This document shows, piece by piece, positions 43,600 to 58,614 of a stretch of DNA of 64,000 bases. The DNA is from the human T2T-CHM13v2.0 reference genome, Homo sapiens. A program made the translations under genes and the position numbers. The DNA lies in NCBI RefSeq assembly GCF_009914755.1, contig NC_060927.1. One strand, written 5' to 3'. Under the pieces are notes generated by a model, which saw nothing but the letters and a program-made list of their open reading frames with translations, had not been told where the DNA came from and made no database searches. Each line of letters begins with the position of its first letter. Within the stretch, counting starts at the first letter, position 1.

Positions 43600-43905
43600 T
43601 TGTACAACCCTAGATGTACATCAGAATTTGTTACAAAGCTTTGTAAAAATACACATGTCTAGACCTTAGAAAATCAGAATCTCTAGGGGGTAGAATCTGG
43701 TGTTTTTCACCTGTTAGTGAGCCTGTTAAAATACAGCAAACATTTAAAAAGTAGATTCTAGAGTCCTACCCTAAAAAAAGTTGATTTACTAAATATGGAG
43801 CAGGCCCCATGAATCTGCGTTTTTAAAGAAGGCAATCCCCTCTTTCCACCCTAGGTGACTTAGAAGCAGTTGGTTGGAATACTAGCCATGAAGAAACACT
43901 GATGA
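43600..43905. mobile_element. MER5-like hAT fragments
   Basis: catcagaat...aaaaatacacatgtctagacc...aatcagaatctctagggg and gaatctgcgtttttaaa...ctaggtgact...gaaacactg. Confidence 0.6.
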
Positions 43906-46900
43906 AGCCCAGTGACCGAATTTTGTAGAAAAAACCGAAGCCCTGTCCTAGTGCCCTTCCCCTGTATGGAGCTAATAAGGCTTCACCATGACCCTGTTTA
44001 TGAGCTTTATACCTGGATTCCTAAAATAAGACATTAGATACTGTGTGTGTATTTCTGGGAAAAGGATTTGTTGCTCTCAGAGATTTTTTAGTCGGGTTGA
44101 AAATAATACAAAAATATTTGAAAACACATTTTTATCATGAGATACAACAGGCTGTGGCTCTGTCCAAACCAGCAGTCCTTGCAAGTGGGTTCCTGTGGTA
44201 TAAAATAAGGTGTGATGCTCGGCAAGTATAAAATAGTCTGACATTTATATGATTTATGGCAGAAGAGAGGCAAATGTCAGAGTGATAGGAAGAAACATTG
44301 TGGGCACGGTCCCTTTTATCTTTCTTTGTGGTCATGTAGAGTTCTCACTCATAGGACATTAAGCCTGGTTTTAAAGCACCCATTCCCCATCCTTTTCTGC
44401 CATCGTGCCTACATTGGACTAAGTGTCAGGGAGACCCACATAGATGAAAAAGCTTCTGTCCTACCTGCTAGTTGCTCATAAACTAGTGGGAAGGCAAATA
44501 GGTGACTAGATAGAGACACTTTGAAGTGGTTGAGAGCTGTAACGGAGATCTGAACATAGTACATTGTGGTGACAAGTGGGAAAGCAATTGCTTTAATTCT
44601 GAGAGACTACTTTTGCAACCAAGGTGATGATTCCTATTTGTACAGAAGTTTTAAAACTATATGTATGCAGTAGATGCTACTGAATTTGTTCTTTATTTAC
44701 CCATATGTGAGATACAACAAATTAAGTTTGCTTCGTTAGGTTAGCCTCAAATAAGCTTTGATGGCAGGTCTCGAAGTGGGAGCCAGAGAGAGAAGAGTAA
44801 TTTAGACCTTCAAGGAGCACAGATCTTTGTGTTTTCCTCCACACAAAGTTAAATTTCAGAGTAGAGAACATTTGTCTTTCTTTATCTTCACTTTCATACT
44901 TTACACTCCATTCCCAGGAGTCTCCTTGGGTGCCTTATTGCTTGTCAATCCACCTCCTTGTAGGTAAAAATCTGATCAACTTGCTCACACTAAGACTGAA
45001 TATTTACTTAGCATACTACCCCTCCTTAAAATATTTACCTTTTGGTAGGTGAAGAGCTGGCATTAACCGAAGATTGAAGCTATAATGATAGAATTTCAGG
45101 CGTCAAAAAAGGGAAAACGATTTGGGGATGGGGATCCTTTTGGGGTTACTCACATCACGCTAAATAAGGCAGTTACCAGCTCTCAGGGCAGAAAGACCAG
45201 GCCTTCTCCATACCCCAACTACACATACAAGGAGCCTTAATCTAATACAGGTTTTGAAGGCACTTCTTAAAGTCATGTCAGATGGGAGACAGAAGCCCAA
45301 CTGGCATTCGTCTGGAGCTTCCCTGCCACCCTGGCCACACCTGCCTCCTGGAGGTCCACTCTAAAGAGCCTTGTAGGTAGCTGCAGGGCAGAAGCCAAAT
45401 AAGGCCCAGTAGGAGATCTCTGGTGCTACTCCTATATAAATAGTGGTTGCCGGCCAAAGAACAGTTTTATCTGACCATGTTTTGGCTACCTTCTAAGCAG
45501 CTGCTCTACTGTCATAGCTTCAGAGTTCTTTTTGATTAATAACTCATGAGTGTTTTAGAGTTCACTTCTACCAGTTCCACTGGCTTCCTGAATTCCCAAG
45601 GGCATTTTCAGTTAGCATTCCACAGGGAACTTTCTGGAATACATTTGGATAGCACTAATGGAAGTTAATATTTCTCCAAGCTCTATAGCCCAAGATTCAG
45701 AAAGGGAAGGGAATTTTATCAGTAATTAACCATAATTTTCTCTGATTTATGAAACATAGTTCTCTCTGTAAACAAATATTACTTTTCATTTTTCTTCTAT
45801 GGATCTCAAGTGCATAGAATGTGAAACATCTTCTTTCTGTAACTGCAGAAAAGACAGGAACTCACCCATCACAAAATTTAGCCACATTGCTTTGGCTGAG
45901 TGCCGCTTGTTTTCTCAACAGATTGATGAGAAAGTCCGACATTAGGCTGTTTTTATGTTGCCATCCCTCAGGGGAACATAGATGTGTATTTGTGCTTTAA
46001 AACAAAAACATCATGAAACTAGTACAAACTATTCCCCCTGAATCCCTTAACCTATCCCTGGAATATGTGTAATATTGAGGGGCAAAGAATTCATCATCAC
46101 TGTGGCAGTAGGGAAGTAAGGTCAACTTTTTGTTAGACTGTAAAGCAGATACATTTTTTAATCCTTTAGAGTTTGAGGGTAGGTTTTGATCGAAATAATA
46201 AGATAAGGAAAATGGGCCACATAGCTGAACAATGTTTGATAATTTGGCAAAATTATATTTTATTGCAATTACAGGGTAAGATCTAGAAAAGAGAGGTAAG
46301 TTATTTTTTATGTACAAAAACATCCATCTGCAATTAGGGAAGCCATCATACAGAAAGTGGGATTTGAGTGATATTTTCACACTCTGGCATGCTTGGTGCT
46401 ACCACATGAATATAGTGTCAGATTGAATATGAATTAGATGACTGATAAAGTTATTTGAGGTTCGTCACATTAGGAATTCCAAAGGAATTGTCTGGGATAA
46501 TCTGTAACTTAGTAGTCCATCACTTTAATGCTTAAATGGGAACTTTAGTCTTCATATTCAGCCGTTTAGATGATTTCAAGTCTTTCACACACTGAGTGTT
46601 ATGCCCTCTGTGGTAGTCGCTTTACCACATGACTAGCATTTGCACGTCTGCAGCTTTGGCTCTCCAGAGCAATCTTAAATCTCTGTAATAGGTGTAAGAT
46701 TTCATTTTTATGCTTCTGGTTTAAGCCTGGGACTTTTTCCTGATGCCATCTCTCTTGAAGGAATCACATTTGCCTTCTTGAGGCAGAATTATGAATTCAG
46801 GAGTGCAAGACGGTCATCTCAAAGACACTTTTCTTATTTGAATAACCTCTCCAGGTTAGAAGTGCCAAAGACTAAAAATGGCAAGAAATGACACTCTTGG

Positions 46901-48829
46901 CAGGCATGAGAGAAGAATAACTCCCTTGCCTTATGTTCTCTTCCTGGTGGGCAAGGGCACTCACTCTGACTTTATTTTAAAGTGCCTGGAGCCAAAGAGC
47001 AGCTGTCAAAAGTTAATGATATGTTACCGTAAGAAAGATGGATTCCAAGGTGAAACTAAGTAAATTAACGTGTGGTCTGTGTGCTGGCTGCTGCCAGATC
47101 AGCAAACACACATCCCCTTCTTTTCAAGGGCAGGGAAACCTTGCCTGCAATAAAATATTACTCCCTTCTCTCTTCTTTCTTGCTCTGGTGTGAATTTCGA
47201 AGGATTCCCATGATAATCTCTCCTGTATCTTGTGAATACCTTGTGATCATCCCTCGGTGACCATTTCCCTAAATTCAGCCCTTTTTCTACTCAGTATTTG
47301 CAGAATTGATTCTCATCTTACTTCCCTTGTATGTCTTCCTCAGTACCAAAGTCTCCTCACAGGAGAGGGCCACTGATCAGATGTCCTTAAAGCCAGATCT
47401 AGCATCTTATTTAATGATTTATCAGTGTTTTAAAATTTATCAGTGTTAAATTTACTGTTGACATGAGTGCAAAGATCAGCCCTTTTGCTTTTGTCCCTTT
47501 TTTTCCAGCTTTAGAAGGCTGTGTCCATTCACAGTCAACACACATAACTGAAGCAGAAGCCCTGTGTGTTTTTTAGGCATATATGTGGTGTAAACATAAA
47601 TTGAAAGGCAGTACCATCAATTATTTGTCCCATTCAGTTTAATGGAGCTTGAGGGTTTCTCTCTCTTTTCAGATTATAATTGTGTGTGTTCATGTGTATT
47701 AAATAAAATGGAGGGGGAAAGGTAATTTATAAAACTGTGAAATTTGAGGGGTATTAAAATTCTTAAACTTTTTATCTTGGCAAAGCACTCTGTAGACCAT
47801 CCATAAGGCAAAAATCCCTTTTCTTCTTAAGATGCATGTCTGAGGTTTTGAAATCTTAAAATCTCAACTCTTGGTTTTTCAGTTACTTGGAAATTGGGTC
47901 TCTATATCAGGACCAACATTTACAACATACTTCATTACAAAGTTAATGATAAATCCATTTCTTGGTTTAAAAAATATCTTCTAAATAAGAATTTATTGAG
48001 TATAGAGGCACTTTCTTTTTGATTATCATTACCTAAAACTTCATAAAATTGCTTACTATTCACTAAGTCTTAGAATTGGTAATAAAATAGATTATTTGTT
48101 AAAAAGTGAAGGAACAAAAATGAAAAACTCACACAACCATGACATATGAATTATTAAGTAAAAATTATTATGTGATGAGACATATTTTCATAGTTAAGGA
48201 CATCAGAAGCCTGTTTTTATTTTAAGTCCACTAAAGGTCAAAATGAGTAACGTAACAAAATGAGTAAAGGAAATTGACCTTGACACTTTTTTTCCCAGAG
48301 AAATATACTAAAAGTGATTTGAAACATAGGTCTAGTTTACTTGTGATCTTTTTCTAATGGCGGTTCTATTAGAATTTAATTACATCACTTATTATCTCTT
48401 CTTGAAGAGAAGCTTTTTTGGCTCCCTGGAAACTTGCAAATAAGTTTAATACCTTTTCCTCACAGAGATTTTGGAGGGGTCATCGTGATGGTGGTGGATA
48501 TTCCCTAAAATATGGAGAGATGAATAGTTTTCAGGCTTACTGTTAAATTTTCAAGAGTAAATTTAATATGTTGTGTAACTTTATTCAGTTTTCCCATTGC
48601 TTTTAACAGCTTTGCCCTCAGCTTTAGCTTCCAATTACGCAGCATTGAAGGCATGTTTTTCTTTCCCATCTGTTGGGAAGCTTTGCTCATGTGTTCTTTT
48701 GTTCTATTCTGGGTTTTATGCCAGCCTGGGGCTGCTTTACCTTGTAAAGAAGTGACCACAGTACGCATTGCCATCTTTGTAAAAAATTAATTTTTTTTTC
48801 TAATTTAAAAGCAATTTGTGTTTCCTGCT

Positions 48830-48975
48830 CCCATACTCACTGTATAACCGAGGATAAGTTTCTTAACCTCTCTGAGTCTGTTTCTTCATCTGTAAAAATC
48901 TGTTAGGGTTGTTGTAAGGATTACATACGCTAACACATTTAAAGCATTCAGCACAGTGCTGGCACATAGAAATAT
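48830..48975 (+). mobile_element. MIR
   Basis: cttaacctctctgagtctgtttcttcatctgtaaaa...agggttgttgtaaggatta...gcacagtgctggcacatag. Confidence 0.85.
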
Positions 48976-49131
48976 TGTTTTATTTTATAGAATTTGGAAA
49001 ACTTTAGAGAGAAAAAATAAAAATCACCCCAATTTATATTACTCTGACATAACTAATGATATACATTAATTTAATTCACCCTTTTTTTTTTCCTCACACA
49101 TGAGGTATACAAACTACTTTGTAATCTCCTT

Positions 49132-49419
49132 GTTTTTGAAAATGTCTCACCCTGTCACTCAGGCTGGAGTGCAATGGCGGCATCTCAGCTCACTGCAACC
49201 TCCACCTCCCGGGGCTCAAGCAGTCCACCCACCTCAGCCTCCTGAGTAGCTGGGACCACAGGTGCGTGCCATCACGCCTGGCTGTTTTTTTGTATTTTTA
49301 GTAGAGACATGGTCTTGCCATGTTGCCCAGGCTGGTCTTGATCTCCTCAGCTCAAATGATCCGCCCACCTCAGCCTCCCAAAATCCTAGGATTATGGGAG
49401 TGAGCCACTGTGTCCGGAC
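49132..49419 (-). mobile_element. Alu (AluJ-like)
   Basis: gggctcaagcagtccacccacctcagcc; antisense dimer. Confidence 0.9.
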
Positions 49420-49484
49420 TTAATCTGCTTTTTATTATGAATATTTTCCTACATAATTTAGTACTCTTTTATAACACAATTTTT

Positions 49485-50054
<570 letters not shown>

Positions 50055-50400
50055 TTCTTTTTTAAATTATTTTTTAAAATTGGTCTTTAAATTCTACCAG
50101 AATTATTTCCTGATTATTTTTCTGTGTTCCCTCCTATCTTAATTTCTCTCCCTAAAGGCTGTTTAGCACCTAACATAACTCATGCATTAAATAAATATAT
50201 TAATTTATCTCGGGATTCTTGCGTATTTTTGCATTACTTTGTAAAATGTGTTTTTCTAGTATTTCATGTGTGTTTTGTTTGCCTATTAAAATTGCAGTTT
50301 CCTTTATGGTAAAGGCTTGTTTTCCCAACAGTTCAAGCCTAATATGTATTACTCAGCAGACAGTCAATAAATTAGAATTGGCCGGCTAACAAGTTTTCTT

Positions 50401-50698
<298 letters not shown>

Positions 50699-51897
50699 AA
50701 GTTTTCTTTTTAAGATGAATTGTGAAACATTTAGCAGCTCTTGAAATATACTTTTGCACCACCCCACCTGAATTCTTTAATATGTATTAGTTCTTAAAGA
50801 ATATACCATATAATAGTAAATAGTATTTTAGCCTAATGACCAGCATCAGCATTCTACCTACATTTCCAGAATTTAGGTTCTTAATCATTCTGCTTCTTTT
50901 CATTTATCCTTCTTACCCACTGAGTTCTTTTTATGGAGTTTACTGTAACCCTTTAATGTCTTCCAGACTAACGCTAGAATGGGTAATATAAATATATGTA
51001 AATTCTGTAAAAAGGCACATTCAGCACCTTTTATGCCCTGCCTTGTAAGTTTTTAGCTCATCTTTTTACTCTAGCTGTTGCCGAAGTCACCATCTTTTCA
51101 GGTCTAACTGGAGGGAACCTGTGAACTTTTTTGCACTTTCTTCCCTAAGATTTCTCTTCAGCCATTTAGGATATGTCTGGCTAAACATAGAGCTGAAAGT
51201 CCAGGTGTAATTAACATCCTGCAAGGCAACCTTTAATTCAGGTGTACAGCTCTGATGTACATTGCACGTGATTCCTCAAAGGGTCCCTAGAAGAATCAGT
51301 CAACCCCATTGCCAAATGCAGAAATAAAGGCAAGAATGGAGAAGATCAAATGATTATGGAGAGGAAAGCATTAAATAAAGCCTCATACAGCTTTAAGTGT
51401 GAAACACATAATTTGCCATTTTGGCGTGTGAATTATGATTGGGTTTGAGCTGTTTACTTTTCTGAAATAATGGCATGAAAGAAAATTAAGGACCAAGAAT
51501 AGTTCCATTTGCCAGTAGAAAACCAGACTTTTATTCTCTATCTGAAATTGTGAAAGGAAGATCTGTATGCAAGAAAGAATTAGGAACTGTCAAAACATTT
51601 TTTCCCAAGCTATCTGAAAGTACTTGATTTTTGCATAGTGTCAAACTATTGAGCTTCTATGGTATAAAGCATTGAACCAGATGTGGGGGAACACAATAGT
51701 GTGTAAGATACAGTCCTTATTTCCACCAGTTGGAGGAGCTAAAGTACCTATACCTGTACAAATACAAAATAATTGGAAAGCTGTTGGATGCTCTTAGATG
51801 TTCAAGTTAGGTTAGGCAATACTAACAGTATATACATGGCATTTGAGCCAAACTTTGAAAGATATGAAGGATTGACTAAAACCAATAAGAGACCAGA

Positions 51898-53138
51898 GTA
51901 TTTGGTTTTCTGTTCCTGTGTTACTTTGCTAAGGATAATGGCCTCCAGCTGCATCCATAAGCCTGCAAGGGACATGATCTCATTTTTTTATAGCTGCATA
52001 GTATTCCATGGTGAATGTGTACTACATTTTCTTAATCTAGTTTATCACTGATGGGCATTTAGGTTGATTCCATGTCTTTGCTATTGTGAATTGTGCTGCA
52101 ATGAGCATATGCGAGCATGTGTCTTTATAATAAAATGATTTCTATTCCTTTGGGTATATACCCAGTAATGGGATTGCTGAGTCAAATGGTATTTCTGTCT
52201 TTAGGTCTTTGAGGAATCACCACACTGTCTTCCACAATGGCTGAACTAATTTACACTCCCACCAGCAGTGTAAAAGTCTTCCTTTTCCTCCACAACCTTG
52301 CTAGCATCTGTTATTATTTGACTTTTTTTTTTTTTTTTTTGAGACGGAGTGTCGCTCTGTCGCCCAGGCTGGAGTGCAGTGGTGCAATGGCGGCTCACTG
52401 CAAGCTCCGCCTCCCAGGTTCACCCATTCTCCTGCCTCGGCCTCCCAAGTAGCTGGGACTACAGGTGCCCGTCACCACGCCTGGCTAATTTTTTGTATTT
52501 TTAGTAGAGACGGGGTTTCACCATGTTAGCCAGGATGGTCTTGATCTCCTGACCTTGTGATCCGCCCGCCTCAGCCTCCTAAAGTGCTGGGATTACAGGC
52601 GTGAGCCACTGCGGCCGGCCTCTCGTTGTGTTTTAATTTGCATTTCTCTAATGATCAGTGATGTTGAGCTTTTTTTCATGATTGTTGGCTGCATGTATGT
52701 GTTCTTTTGAAAAGTATCTGTTCGTGTCCTTTGCCCACTTTTTTATGGGGTTGTCTTTTTCTTGTAAATTTGTTTAAATTCCTTATAGACGTTGAATATT
52801 AGACCTTTGTCAGGTGCAGAATTTTCAAAAATGTTCTCCAGTTCTGTAGGTTGTCTGTTTACTCTGATGATGGTTTCTTTTGCTGTGCAGAAGCTCTTTA
52901 GATTAATTAGATCCTATTTGTCAATTTTTGCTTTTTTTGCAATTGCTTTTGGTGTCTTCAGCATGAAATCTTTGGCCATGCCTATGTCCTGAATGGTGTT
53001 GCCTAGGTTATCTTCCAGGGTTTTTATAGTTTTGAGTTTTACATTAAAGTCTTTAATCCATCTCGAGTTAATTTTTGTATATTGTGTAAGGAAGGGGTCC
53101 AGTTTCAATCTTCTGCATATGGCTAGCCAGGAATCCCA
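51898..53138 (-). mobile_element. L1PA (older, about PA7-PA10) ORF2 3' fragment, lacking the 3'UTR, split by AluY
   Basis: ORF 52914-53108 [19 protein letters not shown]; homologous to the L1 at 9030-9530. Confidence 0.88.
52323..52620 (-). mobile_element. AluY without TSD
   Basis: gcaagctccgcc, gttagccaggatggtc; flanks are not duplicated. Confidence 0.94.
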
Positions 53139-53687
53139 TGGTGTGCTTTCAATAATATAGAGTACATCAATATTTGTAAAATGTGAATTATGGAACTATT
53201 TCCTGTACCTCATAGGCATTTCAAGGAAAAAAATTAATGACAGATATTACACTGAGTAACAAGGTAGTGTGAGTTTAAAAACAGTTATTGTGCAGTGTGT
53301 CTCTTCATTTTCCAGTGTCAGGGAAAAAATGTTATTAAATTTTACAATTATATATGTTGCACAAATGTGCTGAGTCCATTTACATTTTATGGAATAATTT
53401 CATTTGTTCTGCACTAGCTGGCTGGCAGAGAAATTGAACAATGTTTGGTGATGTTAAAGTTGTAATTTTGTCAGCAACAGAGTTAGGAAATATAAATATA
53501 AATCTGGAACTAAAACGTGTTGTGTTACCTTTGGCTACTCTAGGGGCTAAAATATAACTTTTCACCACCACTTCCCAGTGGACTTTTCCTGGGAAGTCAG
53601 TTGTCATTGTTCTGGCAAGTTTCTTTTCATCCTAAATTTTGTTATCATTTAAAGAGAAAATCATGAAGGTTATAAAGAAATCCATTT

Positions 53688-54205
53688 TAGGGTATCTACC
53701 CAAAGGAAAAGAAGTTATTATATAAAAAAGACACGTGCATGTGCATGTGTATAGCAGCACAATTCACAATTGCAAAAATGTGGAACCAACCTAAATGCCC
53801 ACCAACCAACAAGTGGATAAAGAAAATGTGTTGTATATACACCATGGTATGCTACTCAGCCATAAAACAGAATGAAATAATGGCATTTGCAGCAATTTAG
53901 ATGGCGTTGGAGACCGTTGTTCTATGTGAAGTAACTCAGAAATGGAAAACCAAATATCATAAATTCTCACTTATAAGCGAGAGCTAAGCTATGAGGATGC
54001 AAAGGCATAAGAATGATATAATGGACTTTGGGGACATAAGGGGGAGGGTGGGAAGGGGATGAGGGATAAAAGACTAAATATTGGGTACAGTGTACACTGC
54101 TCCAGTGATGGGTGCACCAAAATCTCAGAAATCACCACTAAAGAACTTACTTATATAACCAAAAACCACCTGTTCCCCAAAAACTACTGAAATAAAATTT
54201 TTAAA
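53688..54205 (+). mobile_element. L1PB-like 3' end
   Basis: gggataaaagact...gtgatgggtgcaccaaaatctcagaaatcaccactaaagaactt...aaataaa. Confidence 0.88.
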
Positions 54206-54292
54206 AACCAAATACACTTTAAAGACAATTTTAAAAAATTACAATAGTAAGAACATGGAAACAATACAAAAATGTGGAATGTAGAAAGTATT

Positions 54293-54631
<339 letters not shown>

Positions 54632-54974
54632 TCATACCTTCTCCTATGCCTATATGATAATGCTAAATACACTATATATATATGTGTTACTTAATTATGC
54701 TCATATATATGTATATATATGTTGTAGGATATACTGTACCTGATATTCTGTGACTTTGATTTTTAACCTCAACAATATATTATGGTATTCTTCCTGGTCA
54801 GTACATATAGTCCTATCTCATTTTTTCCAAAGGCTATAGAGGATACTACTCTATAAATGAAAAAAACTGAACCTCTGTTGATTAGCGTGTATCATATATA
54901 TATATATATCAGTATGTATGTTTAATGCATACTTATTTTAAGTTGTACAATTAATAGCTGTACAGAATTTTAAA

Positions 54975-55196
54975 AACTGATACATTGTAACTTTACATAT
55001 TTATGAGGTACAGTTTGATGTTTCAATACATGTATATCTTATATAGTGTTCAAATCAAGGTAGTTAGCATATCCCTTACCTCATTCATTTATAATTTAGT
55101 TATGTTGGGAACATTCAAAAACCTTTATTCTAGCTATTTTGTAATATACGACACCTTACTGATAACCATAGTCACCCTACTGTGCAACAGAACACT
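54975..55196 (-). mobile_element. L1MA 3' end
   Basis: tgatgtttcaatacatgtata...caaatcaaggtagttagcatatcc...accatagtcaccctactgtgcaa. Confidence 0.8.
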
Positions 55197-55300
55197 ATGG
55201 GTTTTTCTTTTTTCTATGTAGATGTGTCTTTGCCTTATTCTAAGCAAAGATTGCCCCAGATACCATCTTTTTGTTTGTTTGTTTGTTCGTTTTTTAGCAG

Positions 55301-55304
<4 letters not shown>

Positions 55305-55338
<34 letters not shown>
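55305..55338. repeat. (TG)n microsatellite
   Basis: Directly visible. Confidence 0.95.
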
Positions 55339-55339
<1 letters not shown>

Positions 55340-56470
55340 GTTTTATACTGGTTATGAATATAATTTTGAACAATATATGGTGGACTTCATTGATTGATTT
55401 ATTAACCTTAGACACTATGTGAGTAAAGCAGGACTGCACTGCAAGGAGATGCTAAACTTTTGACATTCCTGAGAGAGAAGTTTTATAAATTTCAGAATTC
55501 CCCTGATTTATGCATGCCTCTCTGTCACTTAATTATGCTCATAAAATTCTGCTTAACTAGCAATGGGATTCTCAACTTGGAGAGAAAAGAGTATGCTACC
55601 ACTGCAGCCTACCAGAAGAACATATCAGAATCTTTGGGAAAATCTTTTCAAAATATGCATATCTTCCTTCCTACCCCCATGTGGAACGTGCTTACCTGAT
55701 TGAAAATCACTGCATGTAATTAGTTGTTACTAATTGGAATGTAACTATTTGGGAGTGTGTTGTACAGATAGTGTAAAAACAAAAAACAAACAGCAACAAC
55801 AACAACAACAAACTTGTCAAAGTAAGAATTATATATATGTAAGCTTTAAGGCATTTAAGTGGTGAAGAGGTTTGGTTTTGTTTGTTTGTTTGTTTGTTTG
55901 TTTGTTTTGCCCCAGGTTAAGGGGCATTGTCTTAAATCTCCTCATTTTCTGTTTATCCCATTATTTCATTATCAGCCCTAGCAGAGGACTCTCCTTTATA
56001 AAATTCACTTTACAAGAGTTCTTATGTAAACATTAATGAGTAGAGACTAATAAAACAAAGTAGGGATGTGGATGCCGTAGCATGGATGGGGTCATTGCTG
56101 AGATGAGTGACTGTCTTCTGCATTGTAGACAAGGGCAAGTCAAATTTGTATCCAGCAAAATCACTGTCAGGGGCCTTCAGTTCACTATAATAGTTGAAAC
56201 TCTGAGCACTAAATCTGCGAATATCTAACCAAGTCTATCATCTTTTATACCTTTAAACCTAGTAGAAAACTCTTAGAGGTCTGTGATTCTATTTGAAGAT
56301 CACCTTACTGGGTCCAGTGGATACTAAAAATGACGATGACAAGGACATGCTTGTCTGGAGGGTTGGTTCCACAGTGCTTTGAGCTTTCTCTATAGCACCT
56401 GAGGGTAAGTAAAAAGTCTAAGGGGAGAATTTCTAATGGAGTTCTCTCTCTCTGACTGTTTTATCTGCAG

Positions 56471-56645
56471 ACTGCAGCTGAATATGTAAAATCTCGACTC
56501 CCAGAGGCCCTTAAACAGCATCTTCAGGACTACGAGAAAGACAAAGAAAATAGTGTATTATCTTACCAGACCATCCTTGAACAGCAGATTTTGTCAATTG
56601 ACCGAGAAATGCTAGAAAAATTGACTGTATCCTATGATGAAGCAG
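56471..56645 (+). CDS. PPM1L: PPM1L (protein phosphatase Mg2+/Mn2+-dependent 1L, PP2C-epsilon) internal coding exon 2, 175 nt, phase 0 start / phase 1 end
   Basis: Acceptor ctctctctctgactgttttatctgcag| and donor GCAG|gtatgt. Open translation TAAEYVKSRLPEALKQHLQDYEKDKENSVLSYQTILEQQILSIDREMLEKLTVSYDEA-G matches the PPM1L segment I recall between the DGHGGE motif and GTT. Confidence 0.96.
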
Positions 56646-58614
56646 GTATGTTTGTTTTTAAAACACACATTTTTTTTCCTTGCAAAAAAATTTCATTATA
56701 AACCTTGATTAAACTTGGTAAAAGGTTAAGGGCAAACTAGATTCAAAGTTATGTAACATGGACTAATAGTAAGTTTCTTCTCTGCAGTTTTAGTCTCAAG
56801 ATGGTCAGAAGATTCCTAAAAATGGATCTTAAATATCAAATGCCTTTAAAATTTTGCTGTTTTTTATTGGGATTTTTTTGGCCTTTTATTAACTGGGTAC
56901 TCCTAAAGTGTTATTTCAACTTTGGATAGCAACTGAAAACTTTTACATCCGAGAATCCAAGAAATGTTATTCGATTCAAATATTTGTGTTAATATTAGAT
57001 ATTTTCTTTTCTAAAGAGGTATTTTTTTTTCTCAAACTGTTAAGCTAATCATTGCTTTCTTTTCCTTAGCAACTCAGACACTACCACATCAGAGACTTCA
57101 TCTCACTGCCTGCCATAGGTTCTTCCCATCCAAGGGAGCTTATTAATGAAGTCATGGACAGAACTCCTTATAACATTATTTTAATCTATTATATGGTCTG
57201 TCAGCTAAGACCCAATTTTAATGAAATTAGTGTAGTATTACTTGGAATTATGAAAATCTTTAATAAAATTAAACTTAAGCAGCAGAAATACCCTGATTAA
57301 AATTGCTATACCTCTCCACCTCCCCCTCTCAAAAAAATTGGAGAAAAAGTACAGGAAAAAAGGTTTCTAATGGTCAAATGTTAATGGTATTAATTCTTAT
57401 ATTAATGCCAAGAACTTCTGCTTCTATTTTTACAAGTATTTTTTAGCATGCATCTTATTTTCTTCATCAGAATCTATGCATGCTCGATACTTTCTTACCA
57501 TTTGATTTCAAGTTCAAATAGCAAACAGAAGAGCAAATAAACAAAACAAAACATTATACTACATTCACCTAACCACTTAAACAATATTTCTAGTTACTAA
57601 GCTGCCCCCATGTATATTCCACCCTCTAACCCCTTCACCTCCCTCTCAAGCAGGATCTGTATTTCCAGTTTTGCCCAGGACATCTCTGCTTTCTCTTATT
57701 CTTCTTTGCTTTTTTTTTTTGTTTTCCAGACACATTGGCTTTCTTCTGCCTAGCATTTTTGTTACTTTCAATATTCTTCTCATTGGAATTCTTATTCATC
57801 TCTTCTCTCATCCTTAATGGAATAAAGTTAGGTTTTGATCAGTCCCAACCAAAATAATATTTAAATATTCATAGCATCTTATAGATCATAGAACTCATAT
57901 AGTCCGCCCACTTCTTGCCCCTGTGACCATTTTATGGTGAGAAAACAAACTCATAGACTTGCCTGAAATAATGCAGTTACTTACTTGTAAAACTGGGACG
58001 CCAACTTCCTAATTACTAATCAAGCTATGCTTTTACTACACTAATGCAGGTTCTCATTTGCTCAGTAAGCAATTGTTGAATGCACGGCAATATACTAGGT
58101 TGTTGAAGGAAAGAGAAAAGCAGTGAAAACATGAAAAGGAATCTGAGATGTAGAAAATAGATCTTGCAGAAAGTCTTGCTGGAGGACTAAAACATACATG
58201 TATGAGCTTTAGAGAAAAATTTCTGAGGAATTTGGGACTAAATACACCCTGTAATATCTTCGCGTTATTAAAGTTAAGATGAAATGTGGAGCCAAGAAAT
58301 AGTGGAAATGGCTGAAATTTTCCATGAAATTCTGTAGAGGGGGCATTATTTTAAACCTTGAAGGACAAATGGTGGGCATGTATTTGTGAAGAGAAGGGGG
58401 ATGCATTCTAGTGGATGAAGGGGCACAAGTAGACATCAAGGTGAGCATGAACATTAGCTGCAATCACCCACCACTCAATTTTTTCCTGCTTCAGACATAA
58501 TTTTCCACTCTCCTGCACTGTTGTTGAGCAGCAACAGATCCTCAGAGGTAGGCTTGCACATAGCTTTTAGGGGCAAATAGTTTGGCATAGAATTAATCTG
58601 TCAATAAGCCCTGT

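Noticed and set aside
48505-48774. Lys-rich 89-aa ORF, considered as an HMGN-like retrocopy
   Set aside because: No RRSARLSA motif, poly-A tail or TSD
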